The notes beneath the pieces are model-generated. The model was not told where the DNA came from, made no database searches, and saw only the letters and a program-made list of their open reading frames with translations. 64,000 nt of DNA from Callorhinchus milii. Taxonomy: Eukaryota. Both the position numbers and the translations under genes were made by a program. The stretch covers positions 50,098,001 through 50,162,000 of the forward strand of contig NW_024704742.1 in assembly GCF_018977255.1 (NCBI RefSeq), in the 5' to 3' direction. Below, one piece after another: positions 1-12,954 of this stretch (its first letter is position 1; each line of letters begins with the position of its first letter).

Positions 1-189
1 CCTCTCTGCCTTCCTATCTGTTTTTGTGTGCGTGCATGTCGCTCTTTGCAACTAACTGTGTCAGTGTGTTTATGTGTCTCTATCGATATTCTTACCAGTA
101 TCAAATCTTTCCATCTCATGGTGCTTGATTAAGATAGAGAATTTTGTTATTACCCACACAACTAAATTTTTGACCATCATTGCAGCCCA

Positions 190-600
190 ACTGCATTTGA
201 TACAGTGCCTTATCAGGTATTTGAGACGTCTCAAAGTGCTTCTCAGGATTTTACTGTAAAGTGGTGTTATTGTGCATATTTTTCAGATGAGTGCAGAAGC
301 CAATTTGTGCATAGCAATGTCCCATAAATACCCATGGAGTGAATGACCAATTTATTTGAGGAATCCTGGCCAGGAAACTGGGAGAAACTCTTATTCTTTT
401 TGAATAGTGCCATGGCATCATTTAACGTCCAACTGGACAGGTCCTCGGTTTAACATCTCATTTGATGGACAATACCTCCAACAATGCAGCAACCTCAGCA
501 TTATATTAGAATGTCATCATAAACTATGTTGGTTTCAAGTCCTGACATGGGGCTTGAAAGAATAACCTTCTGATTCAGGGGCAAGAGTTGCAGACTGACA
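190..600 (-). mobile_element. Old Deu-domain SINE
   Basis: Degraded Deu core (gccaatttgtgcatagcaatgtccc), ggtttaacatctcat motif and L2-like tail. Confidence 0.65.
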
Positions 601-1104
601 CATAAGAATGTATGTATGCTCTGAATGTATTCTTTAGTTTGATATTAACTTTAATCTTTGTGGACTGAGACCCAGAATATAATATTCCAATCAAAACTCC
701 TTTCTGCAAAAGATTCTATCATAGATTTTGGCTCTGAATAAAACAATTCAGAAACGTGCACAAAATACTTGGGATCTCCTCCCAAAAGGAAGGACATACA
801 AACTGCCTGAGGATTTTAGTTGCTCACTTCTGAATAGCTGAAAACACGGAGTGGTTAGTCCTCAGGAATATAAAGGAGAAATATTGTTTGTCATTTAATG
901 GCAGCAACATTTCTGGAAGGATAAGATCAAATAGTTGAAGGGCCTTCTCTTCAAAACCTCTCTTATGAGCTTGTAAATAGTTATTACACCCAGTCTATGC
1001 AGGAAGGCAAGAATAATGCTTGGCTTTTCTGCCTCCTTCATTTCCAGAAAATAGCAAAATCAAACCAACTTAATAATAGTATTGTAGATCTTTTTTATTC
1101 CTGT

Positions 1105-1696
1105 AAGTTTGCTTTGGAACTCCATCCCATAGTCGCTTTGCCTTGCTTTGCCCCCTAGCTTGCTTCCTTTAAGGCTCAGCTCAAGACTCTCCTCTTCAAC
1201 CATATCTTCATCACCCTCCTAGTTCTACCTCCCTGCCCTCCACCTCTTCTGATCCTATCACCCATCCTTGCCCAATTCCACTGGCAAACAGAGGATACAG
1301 TTCATAATCCTGGTCCTCACCTTTAAATCCCTCCATGGCTTTGCTCCCTCCTACTTCTGTGACCTCCTAACCCCCTACCATCCTGCTCGCTCCCTCCGCT
1401 CAGCGGGCTCCGGCCTGCTTCACCGTCCCCCGCCTCATCTACCCCACTATTGGCATGCAGGCCTTCTGCTACTCTGCCCCTACCCTCTAGAACTCCATCC
1501 CATAGTCCCTCCGCCTCGTCTCCTCCCTTGCCTCCTTCAAGACCTATCACAAAGCACTCCTCTTCAACTGTGCTTTCAATCACCCTGCTTCCCCCCCTGC
1601 CCTCCACCGTCCCCAATCCTGACCCCCAGTTTGGGTTCATAACTCTGTCTGTCCAGCGCCTTGGGATGTCCTCCCGATGTGAAAGGCCCTATACAA
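1105..1696 (+). mobile_element. L2 LINE 3' fragments; tail continues at 2752-2784
   Basis: ILVLTFKSLHGFAPSY ORF2 C-terminus; 3' motif gggatgtcctcccgatgtgaaagg. Confidence 0.85.
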
Positions 1697-2751
1697 CAAC
1701 AACAACAACAAGATTCCATTTATAGAGCGCCTTTCACGTCGGGAGGATGTCCCAAGGCGCTGTACAGTTGGGTCAGGACCCGAGCAAGGGGGGAAATGGT
1801 CAGGGTGAAGGGAGGGAATGGAGGGAGCGAGGAGGGGGGAAATGGTCAGGGTAAGGGGAGGGAAGGGAGGGAGCGATGAGAGGGTAGAGAGTCGAGAGGG
1901 GAGCTGAAGGCACGGTCAAAGAGAAAGGTCTTGAGACCAGCCTTGAAGGAGGAAAGGGAGGAGGCAAGGCGAAGGCACTGGGGGATAGAGTTCCAGAGCC
2001 TAGGGGCTGAGAGGCTGAAGGCCCGGCCACCGATGGTAGGGCGGTTGGGGCGGGGGATGTGGAGCAGACCGGAGCCAGAGGAACAGAGGGTACGGGCAGG
2101 TAGGTAGGGGGATAGTAGGTCGGAGAGGTAGGAGGGAGCGAGGCCATGAATGGTCTTGTAGGTGAGGATGAGGATCTTGAATTCGATCCTCTGGGGGATG
2201 GGGAGCCAGTGGAGGCGAGCGAGGGTGGGAGTGATGTGGTCGCGAAGCCTGGTGCGGGACAGTACACGAGCTGCAGAGTTCTGAATGACCTGCAGCTTGT
2301 GGAGGGAGGTGCCGGGAAGGCCGGCGAGGAGAGAGTTCCCATAGTCCAGCCTTGAGGTGATAAAGGCGTGGACCAGAGTTTCAGCAGCGTGAGGGGTGAG
2401 GTAGTGCCGTAGTCTGGCGATATTCCGGAGGTGATGGAAGGCGGTACCAGTTGTGGTGCGGGTATGAGGGAGAAAGGACAGCTCAGGGTCGAACCGAACC
2501 CTGAGGTTCCTGACTGCTTTGAGAGGTTGAGAGTCCAGCCTTGGATGCTGATGCTGTCAGCGCCTGAGGTGCGGAGGCGCTTACGTGTGCCAATCAGGAG
2601 GGCCTCAGTTTTTCGCACGTTGAGCTGAAGAAAGTTGTCTCTCATCCAGGACTCGATGTCGGACAGGCAGGCTGTCAAGACATCGGTGGTCGTGGAGTTG
2701 AGGGTAGAGGAGGAAAGATAGAGTTGGGTGTCATCCGCATACATGTGGAAG
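1697..2751 (-). mobile_element. Young 5'-truncated L2 LINE with an RT remnant and a frameshift
   Basis: FHMYADDTQLYLS...WMRDNFLQLNVRKTE; (TTG)n tail; TATACAA on both flanks. Confidence 0.93.
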
Positions 2752-5307
2752 TATACAAATGTAATGTCATTGTTGTTGTTGTTGATTGAGCACTCTGCTA
2801 AAAAAAACTTTTTCCTCTCCAGCTCCAATGACTCTATGCCCACAACAATATGAAGTGAGCCTATGGATTATTAAAACCGTGTTCACCTTTCTAATTAACA
2901 TTTTCACAGGATATGTTTGGATGAAGAAGGCCCTTTTGCCTAATTAATTCCATCCATCCATAATACTAATCCTACTGATGTCCAATTGAGCTATCAAACT
3001 ATTTATTAAATAGTTGTGTCCTGGTCTCATCTCCTCCTGGTAATCATTCCAGCAGCTGATCACCCTGTGTCTAAGGAAACACTTCCTAATGTTAATTCTA
3101 AGCTTGTGCTACACAACACTGAACCTGTAATCTCTCATCCTCATGTCTTAGTGTATCTGAGCATTTGATCGTGGTTTATTTTCTTCATTCAATTGAGTAT
3201 TTCATATGCAGTAAACCCCCAACTTACCGAGCTCCACATATCCAGAATTCGAACCTAGCCAGATCAGGCCCCAAATTAAACAAAAACACGGGCCCAAAAT
3301 ATCCACAGATCCACGTGTAAACCCCCACCAGCCAAATTCTCCGCACCAATGCCATGCTGTGCAGCTTGCGTGATGCCCACATCTTCCTACCTCACTATCC
3401 TTGTTAGCCTTCATGAGGAGCCAGCCTTCACATTGTCCACATGTAGGCCTGCTTTGGTGACTACCACTTCGTGGGATATTCTCTTTTACTCGGTTTGCTC
3501 GTTTAGTAAGGCTGGACTCCCACGAGTAGAAGATAACTCAGTTTAACATACAGTGCTTTTGCGCTTAAAAGAACAGTGCCGAAAAATGCTGGTAAATTCT
3601 GGTTGGGAATTCTGCTGAGTTTCCTCATGAAAATCAAGTAGGAGGGTTTGGTGCCAACAACCATCGTGATTACTAATTGCAGACCTTGAAAGTACAGTAG
3701 CCTTTAGTGCAGTGGTAATCAATTAGCAGCCCCACATTCCCCACCCTCCATAAATCAAGAAATATTGATTCACAATTTTGTTGTATTTTGTTGACTGACT
3801 ATAAAGGTTGGCCATTATTGGCTTTAGCCATTTCAGTTAAAATTGGCTTATGCATTTTTGCAGGCTGTAATGAGCTTCAGTATATATGGTATTTGATATT
3901 TTAAATCACTGTTTTGAATTTTTTTTAACTTCCTGTTGTATGTGTTGGTAAATATGTATGATCTGTTCAGTAATCAACAATATGCATAATGTTTTACATG
4001 TTGCAGAGAAATTGTCAAGAATACTCATTTGGATGTTACTATGTTAATATTTGTTCAGCTACTTCTCTAATTAAACAGTCCTGAATAATTTTAATTTTAT
4101 AAAGTAATTTCTGATGATAAAATCTGAATCTAAAGAGCTTTGTGTTCTTATTGTCGGTAATTAATTACAATAGTATTTACACTTAGCCAGAAATTCTGTC
4201 TCGCCTGACCAGATCTCTCTCCCCCTCATTAGTCCGGCTAGCCGGTGTTTGTTGTACCTTCATATGATCCCCTTGAACTTGAGCTTTAAAGCTGAATACC
4301 TCACCTTATTCTAGTTGTTTTTTATAGCTCATCATTTTAATATTGGGGATCATCTTAATTTTGTGCTCAGATGGATGTCTGACATTTGCATTCTTAAGAG
4401 TATCCAAACCAGAACAAGGGTTCCACAGGTGAATACTACCTTATGTATGGAAATTTCCCAGGGATCATCCTCATTGCTCTCCTCTGTTCTGTCTCTAAGG
4501 CCTGATCAGCCCCCTGTTGTACAGATCATAACTGTATATAGTATTCCAAGTGCATCCTGACAAGTGTACTGCAGAGCTTCAGAGTCCTCTGCAGATTTGA
4601 GCCCAAATTGATTTGACAGTGTAGCTCAGTGTTCTGTTCACTTATTTGAGACCAAGAATTCTGTGGACCTGAATACAACACACATTTACAATTATATAGT
4701 GCCTTTCATGTCAGAAAGGTGTCCCAAGACACTTGACAGTCCAGGTTTGGCATCTCAGCTGAGGGAGGAAGACAAGGGGAAAAGATAACTGAAGAATTAG
4801 TCAAAGAGGAAGGTCTTCAACGTGGGTCTTGAAAGAAGTGAGGGAGTATGACTATGAATATCGATATGAATATGACTCACACAACCAGCCTAAGGGTCAA
4901 TTGCCTTCCAACTGTGTTACTCAGGAGGAATTAATCAGGATGATAAGTGGAGTATAAATCTCATTTCAGGGATATTCTCTATCTGTAATGCACAATGGTG
5001 CCTCCAGTCCAACAACTAGAAACAGAAGATCAGACTGGAATTGTGTATCATGGAGTACAAGGTAATGTCAGAACCCACAGCAGTGAAAGGTTTCATAGCT
5101 GCAGAGCAGAGGCAGTAGAGAGATTCAGGAATACAATAGTTGTCTTCTTGTGAAAATAAATGACCTTGGCCCTCATCTGATGAATTCAACACCAGGTGTT
5201 TATCTTCCCAGCCATGAGTTCAATTCTTCACACTGGATATGAAACTGGCTAATGACCCTGATCCAAACGTTTATGCAACAACAGATTAAAATAATAATAT
5301 TTATAAA

Positions 5308-5666
5308 AATAATCTTTGCATTTGATAGAGCATCTTATCATGTTTTTGTGATGCCTCAAGCGTTTCACAGAATATACTGTAAAGTGAATATACTGTATAT
5401 TTTGTGGGTGAAACATGATAGCCAATTGTGCACAGTGTCCCACAAACATTCGTGGATTGAGTGACCACATTTTTTTTAAGGGATTATTCCCCCCAGCAAA
5501 GCAATCCACCAATCGACTGATAACTGGATTCATACTTACTGTTAGGTAAACAAAAGCGTGTGGAGTAAGGAAACTTGCCCAACAGTTTGCCCTGCTGGGA
5601 ATCAAACCCGGGTCCTCTCGCTTGCAAGGCGAGTGCTGTAACCAACCAATACGCCACAGGACTCCA
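5308..5666 (-). mobile_element. tRNA-derived Deu SINE with L2-like tail, long subfamily
   Basis: B box GGGTTTGATTCC, CTCGC-CTTGCAA-GCGAG arm, Deu core. Confidence 0.85.
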
Positions 5667-6284
5667 CAAAAAGGCTCAGCAGCTTCTTATAAAAATGATT
5701 AAACTGAAGAACATTTTTTTTAATGGGGAGGGTAAAAAAATTCTCCCTGGATGCTTCTTGTATGTGGGTGTTCTTCACTGCTTTGTCTTCCAAGCAGGTA
5801 TTCACACTGAGCTAGAATTTTTCACCGAGTTCCCCTCCATCAGAACTGTGTCACCAGCCAAACTGCAATGAAGATGTCGGCTTTTAATCCCCCTCCAAAA
5901 AAACACAAGTTGAAATAAAATAAAAACTCAACTTTGTTACACAAATGCAATATGTATTTGGAATGTCACCCAACAAGGAGACTGCCAAGTACCCCCTGCG
6001 TCACACTGCTTTGACTGTCACTGGTTACAGGCCAGCTCAGCCCAGCCCGTCGGCAACACTTTGGAGTCACACAGTTGACACTTCCCACTCAGCTCCCACT
6101 AACCACAAGCCAAAGCCATATTGGTGTTAGCTGGACAAGCGGCGGGAAAGCTTGTCAGACAGTGCTCTCAATGCCAAGCTATGTAGTTTTAGCTGGTCAG
6201 ACACCAGCAGTTACCCCAACGCACAATCTGGGTTCCCCAGGCCTTGGCTTGTGCCAACCTGCGCCTAATACTCTCCGGAATTAG

Positions 6285-6790
6285 GCCACAGCTGGAGTAC
6301 CATGTTCAGTTTGGGGCTCCTCATTTCGGGAAAGATGGAATGACCTTGGAATGAACTGCAAGAAAATATACAAGAATGATACCTAGGATGAGAGGCTTTA
6401 GTTATGACTCTAAAATGAGGTTAAAGAAGTTTTATTTTCTATTTTCAATGGTGCAAAATTATAAGGGATTTTAACCTATTAAGAAGCTAGTTTCACTAGT
6501 AAGGGAGTCAGTGACTAGGGGCTATAGTTATAAGATGGTGACAAGAAGAGGGAAAGGAGAGTTAGGCAAAATTTGTTCACACAGAGAGTTGTTGGGATGT
6601 AGAATGCTCTGCCAAGTTAGATGGTAGAGCCAGTCTATTGTGGGTTGCAAAAGGGAAGTAAACATGTATATGAAGGATAGAGGCTTGAAGTAGTATGGGG
6701 ACAAGGCAAAGCAGTGGGATTGAATGGACACCTTGCTCTGGGAGCCAGTACAGACTTGATGGGCTGAATTGCTTCCTTTCGTGCTGTAAA
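6285..6790 (+). mobile_element. Degraded CR1 LINE 3' end
   Basis: aggccacagctggagtac (RPQLEY) motif and CR1 3' UTR gatgggctgaattgcttcct. Confidence 0.8.
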
Positions 6791-9700
6791 TTTTTATAAA
6801 TATAAATTTTGCTTAAGAATGGTTAACCATAGGCTGCAATGTTAAATTAAGGATAACAATACAAGAGATCTACAAAAGCATATGTACTTTTATCACTTTA
6901 TTATTTAAAAAGCAAATTACAAAAGTCCATGAACCAGGGATACTGATAACACGTGAATTCAGAATAGTTGTTTAGTGGATAATTAAAAGCCTACCATCAG
7001 TAGCATATCGGCTGTTCAAACAAAGTCAGAATAGAGCTGTAAGCAAAGCATAAATAAGGTACATTCATATCACTTGAAATACATGCATAATATTAATGAC
7101 AATTGTCTATATACAGCTTCTATTTTTAACATATCATAAAATTTCAAATACAATAATAAGGCCTATAATATTTACTTTGAATAATGCACAAAGCACACAT
7201 TCCATTATAAAAAATCTTAAACAATGTAAAGATTGTGTTTTCATATACAGTATTGTCTTTTTTTAAAGGTTATAATACCATGGTCTGGTTTCTCAGGCTT
7301 CTGCTGTAGAAAAAATTAGGAGTTTTTTTAATAAACCAAAAAGATACATATGTATACAAGGCAACCTTCAGTTGAATGAAATACTGTTACACACTGTGCA
7401 ACACTTGACTGTATCACGGCAAAGGGTAAGATTGGTGGATTGAACAGTCAAACAGTAAGACATTTGTCTGTGTGTCATTGGTAACAGTTACAATTTTCAT
7501 GGTTAAATATTCCAACACTTTACTCTTTGAATTGCTGAACAGAGAGAAAAAAAACAAATGCATCAGTTCTGGTATTTCAATTCGCCACATGAAACCTGCT
7601 GGAGATTTATTTGCAGGGTAAGGAAAAAAATCAATCTTCCAAATTAATTGAATAATGTCAAATAAATTAGGGAAGTTTTAACTTAAGTAAAGACATTTAA
7701 TTGTAATGTGACATTGCGCTGTTTTTGAAAAGGCTCCAGAACAAATATATTTTATTGGAAACACATTTTGCATTCATTTTCATCACTCCCCACTACACAG
7801 TGTTTGCAAATTATTTACTGTTGTTATACCTCTATGGAGCATGGCACTCGTGCATGTAACCCACAATCAGCCCATCCATCCATTAATCAATCATCCATCA
7901 CTTTCATCCAGTAAGTTACATGGCAAAGGCATTTAAAATTACCTTGAATCAGATAACTTATTCGACAACATGTGCAAAAAAACAAAAAGAACAAAATTGT
8001 GTTTTGCAGGTTTCTTTTATCCAATAGCAAGTCAGAAAAATATTTTAAGATTGTAGCATATTCACCCTTTCCAGACTGAAATTTTAAAAAAAACAAATTA
8101 GGAGTCCATTGCATTTATAACTGCTGCTTTAATGGGTAACCCACAAATATGCCCAAAGGGCAAATATTCTTTACCACTTCTGAATGTGATACTGTTGACC
8201 AACTGTGTTTGAGGTCACCATGTGTAATGGTCATTTTATAGTATTTTATTATCTCCTTGAAAAGTAAAAAATAATGGCTACACTTTTATTCGAAATTTCA
8301 ACATGTCTCACACTCGTTACGGATCTTGTTCAAACTATGTGCCACAGTGAGATTATGAAAAACAAAGTGATCAATAAAATAAAATGCTTTACTTAAAGAC
8401 AGTCTCATATTTTTTGTAATTTTTGTTCTCCATCTTCCTGCATTTGTAACAAAACATTGATTATCCACCATGCTGGAATACTAACTGGAGGATAATTGAA
8501 ATAGGCAGATAATTAAGGTTGATGAATTTCACTGAATATACTTTTATCTACAGGATGAACTAAATTTCAGAGATGATTAAATTCCATAGCAATTGAATCA
8601 TTCAAAGATAGCTTATTTTTGCTGACATGACAATATACCTTGCCTTTATGTTGAAAACAGTGATCATAAAGTTAATTCTCCCTTCCATTCTTCTTTTCCC
8701 ACCCCAAATGATGCTTTACCAAAGGTTTTGAGATGCATAAATGCACTATTCAAATTCAACAACTAATATCCATTAGGATGCAAAAAGAGATCTAGAAAGT
8801 TGTCTGAAGTACTTACGAATTGTAAGACTTTAAAATCTTTTTACAACTCATTGCAAATTAAGACAACTGTGTGGCTGTGAATCTAATAAGATCTCTATTT
8901 CAGATTAATATTTATTGTCCGTATCACCACCCTTGTTGGCAAGATACAATAAAGTCCCTGTAGCACAAATATTCTATGTAACTGAATGTTTTTGCAGTAT
9001 TTCCTTTCTGTTACTGATTCAACATTTTTGCCACACTATCCTTTCTTTCAACAAAAACTTCCATAAATAGTTGCTGTCCTTTCTCAGACTTTTGTTAAAT
9101 CCCATTCTTTCTGACAGCAAGTCTATACAAACATCTCTTACTTAGTTTCAGTTCTCTGATGTTTCCACCTTTACCACGTTTGCTGTCAGAGAAAGAGAAA
9201 ATGCTCCTCTCTAAAGTAATAATGAGGTTATTGACTCACAACCCAAAAAAATGTGGTTTACGCAAGACATCCCAGATATATCATAACGACTCACAAGCCA
9301 TTAGCTCTGAGGTATGACTTGGAAATGAAGTATCAGGAGTAGAACCGAAATACACCAATAATAACATGCAATTATATAGCACCCTTCACGCAGGGTAATG
9401 TCTCAGAACGCAATTTATGTCTAGAAGTATTTTTTTCTGGTAGCCAGGTATTGGTAATCCTACCCTATTCCCTACTACATTCAAACCACATGTGTTTTTG
9501 CTATGTTTTAGCTAAATTCTCAGGCCTAACCTCATGATTCACACATTCCATGTTGGAATAGAGATGCCACTTGCTTGGTTTTACATTGGCATGGCTGCGT
9601 TATCACACTGAGACAGGTTGTTAGTTCAGGAATACACCAGCAATACAAGAATGATATTTATTTTCTCAGCCTGTGTATCAGTGAGGGATTACTAACTGGT

Positions 9701-10129
9701 AATGAGAGAGGAACATGTTGTTTAGAGCTGTGTGGGTTANGGGGGGATCAGTGGCAAGGATAGCCAGCCAGACAGGTTGACAAGAGCAGATGGTGGGGGT
9801 GAGGAGGAGGCACGCAGTATCATTAGCTGATCTGCAGGAAAATTAAGGGGATCCAGTAGATATTGGAAACAGGGATATAAGGTATGTTATTTAGGTATTC
9901 TTCTATAAAAATACACTTTACAGCAAATTCTGTGACTTGCTTTGAGGCATTAGACGAACATGAAAGGTGCCATATCAAATGCAAAAATTATTATTATTGT
10001 TATTTAAGTCTAGTCAGGAAATGATTCAATGTTTTAAAGCAGTCAGTATCTCGATTGGATTTTTAATTCATGTGTTTATCAGCTTTTTGCTCATCAGCTC
10101 ATTAATGAGCTTTTATTTCAAAGTTGCCA

Positions 10130-10420
10130 ATTTTCTCTACCCCTCTCCTGGAAGGTGTTCGGGATGCAGTTATGTGTGTGCTGCTTACTTTATGGTAACT
10201 TGCCCAAGCAATTATTATTCATGTGTACAAGTCTTGACAGGGAGCACCAGCAAGCTATCTGAAGCATTACAGCTGAACCCAATCCTTCCTCGCCAAACCT
10301 CCGTATACTTGCATTGCTAATAGGGATCACTGGATTGTGATCAGGGCTTTAGACTCGGCAGATCCCCTAACCCAAGGCGCTGAGATTAATTAAAGCTTCC
10401 CAACTGACACCCTGACTGAG
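10130..10420 (-). mobile_element. Ancient SINE-like repeat (AmnSINE2-like, tentative)
   Basis: Reverse-complement similarity to 10770-10935; family name recalled, not searched. Confidence 0.4.
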
Positions 10421-10769
10421 ACTCAAAAAATATTTGTTTCCTACTCTCCTTCGTAAAAATGTCACAAGCGTGACTAAAACATCTACTGTCAGCCTTGCTG
10501 TCAACATGAATGAGTAATGATCTTGTTCGGCACACACCAGGCTCTAGAGAAGTGAACTCAGGATGTTGCTTCCTCCGCTGCAGGTCAAACAAGAAATAGA
10601 AATTCAAGACCATGAAGTAATGAACACTGCACAATGGCATTTGTTTCTGACTTGCTTTCTGTCAAAACAAAGTTCACTTCTGTTTTGTCTCTGAAGCAAA
10701 AAAACAAGTGTACAATCTTCCAGTCTTCCAGTACCACTCCTCCTCCAATGTCAGCTAAAGTGAGATCAA

Positions 10770-10935
10770 GCCCCACTGTGATATTCACCCTGTATGAGCA
10801 ACTTGATGACACTCATTGTCTCAGCTCAGACATGAAGAATGGCAACTAGGTCAGTGTACCAGAGACCAACCATCATCTTTGGAAAAGTGCTTTGGAATAA
10901 ATCAAGGCCTTTAGCAGAGGAAGGGAGAAAATTTG
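10770..10935 (+). mobile_element. Ancient SINE-like repeat (AmnSINE2-like, tentative); relatives near 25270-25600 and 47650-48240
   Basis: gacactcattgtctcagctcagacatgaagaatggcaact...ggaagggagaaaatt. Confidence 0.45.
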
Positions 10936-12699
10936 AGAAAACAAACACAGCCAAGTCCTTCAAACTAACAAGAGAAATCATTCTCTATATCCTATTGTTC
11001 CTCTTACTTCAATTCATCCACCAAAATGGCAACATACAAACTTGGTAACATACATACTCATATCAAATTGAGTTTCCCATTTTACTAGATCATGGCACAT
11101 ATTTCTCTATTAATTACCTATGCCCTTTCAAAAATCCATAGGGCAGTGAATTCCACATTCTCAACACCCTTTGATGAAGAAATGTTAACAGTGTTCTGAG
11201 ATGTTATCCTATGTGAATGGTGCTATGCAAATGAGTATTGTTGTTTTCTGATCTCTATTCTAACTAGCATAGCTTTAAGACCAGAAGGCTTGTGAATTTC
11301 TCTCACTTAAAACAACTCAGTTAATTCCCTCCTAACTTCTTCAGCTCTAGAGAATGTAACCCAACTTCATCCAGCCTCCCATCCCAACTGAAGCTTTTAA
11401 TTTTAGGTATTAATCTGATGAACTAAAATGCCACATAAAACACAAATATCTAACAGTATTTATCCGTTCAAATGCAATTACATTAAATGTGCAGTTTAAA
11501 CATAACATTGGGACAGTAAGATATTAAATACTCACTACAACTTTCACAAGTGAAACAAATCACTTAAGTTCTTGCACACCCCAACACCACCCCTTCCCCT
11601 TCCAGATGAAATATATTCCATAGATAACAGTTTATGACTCAGTAATTTCTATTCATTAAATAATGCAGGCTAAGATCTTGAAACCCTCCAAAATGTGACA
11701 AAAGTTATAAATTGTCTTTGCTATTAATATGCTGGAGAATATTGGACACAGGGAGTAACAATGAGAGCTCAATCTGAGATGAATAAGTAGAACATGTAAC
11801 AAGATGAATTTGCATGTTCCACAATTGTGATAGACCTGCAGTTTGACTTTAGAAAAGCATAAATCAGCTGATGTTCAATCATCTATTTTATATAAGCGTT
11901 CAAAGATGTTCTTCAGTTTGGGTTGTGGAGCTGACTGGTTGATAATAATTCACTGCAGTAGTGATCTATTAAATGTTGTCATTGCAATGAATTACCCTTT
12001 GCATAATAAAGAAGAACAGATATCTTGAAGTGATTGAAAGGCAGTAATTACATTGAGGATTGCAGATAACACCCTGAACCACAAGAATGGCTAATAGAGG
12101 GTAATAAACGTGTTGAATGTGTTACCAGGCAACATCATTGAAGTAGAGAGCAGAAACGTGATCTAGAGGCAACTAACTGCATTTCTGGAGAGAAAAGATT
12201 GAGCGAAATGGTGAGAGAGCAGTAAGCAGGGTTTAGAGATATTAAAAAGGGATGGTCTTGTTAGGCCCAGGTTCCAAGTTTCCTAGAACTGTTGTGCTGA
12301 AATGAATTGAGATCATTCAGGTAGATCAATTGCTTTATGTAATCTATGCTGCTGCAATTGGTGAGAGTGTTTTATATCGTTTGCGTTTTTTTTAGTTTTG
12401 CTAGTGGTGGGTGTCAGTAAAGACACCAGTGGCCAGAATGACCCAGACAATCATTGCACGAACACACTCACACTGAAGGATTCAGAATTTCCTGGGATGG
12501 AAATTCTGACCTGACCCAGCTTAACTAACACTGCAACAATCCTCATTGGCAATTGCCATTATGCCATAGTGACTCAGCCTGAAACCCACTCTACTGGACT
12601 TGTTGGCTGTGGGTCATATAGCAGGTTACAGGGATAACCATCTTAACTCAATATTAAAAATGAAGAGATAATTATCACCAGTGTTAATTAGCACAGCAC

Positions 12700-12954
12700 T
12701 GTAGGCTCGAAATTCCAATCAGTCTTCACCTGTAAGGCCAATTTGCCTTAAAATATAATATTTCATTGAATTGTAGTCATTCTTACAATCAGTCTTAACT
12801 TGGAAGCTGCTTTTCCACAGTTCTTAAAATGTTCTGTTTCCAAATAAAGACTTCCTAAAATGAATTGAAACAATTTTATCAATTCTGTGCCATCTTCAAT
12901 TTTAAGACAAAAGGGACTAACAGGCTAAGATTGAATGAAATTTCAGGCCTTACA
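12700..12954. mobile_element. Palindromic MITE-like element
   Basis: Imperfect terminal inverted repeats of about 55 bp. Confidence 0.55.

Noticed and set aside
1800..2843. 347-aa ORF as a novel reverse transcriptase gene
   Set aside because: It is a read-through of flank, truncated L2 RT and off-frame L2 sequence.
9740..9740. Ambiguous base n (also at 44978)
   Set aside because: Assembly ambiguity rather than biology; it is a reason to verify single-codon findings in reads.
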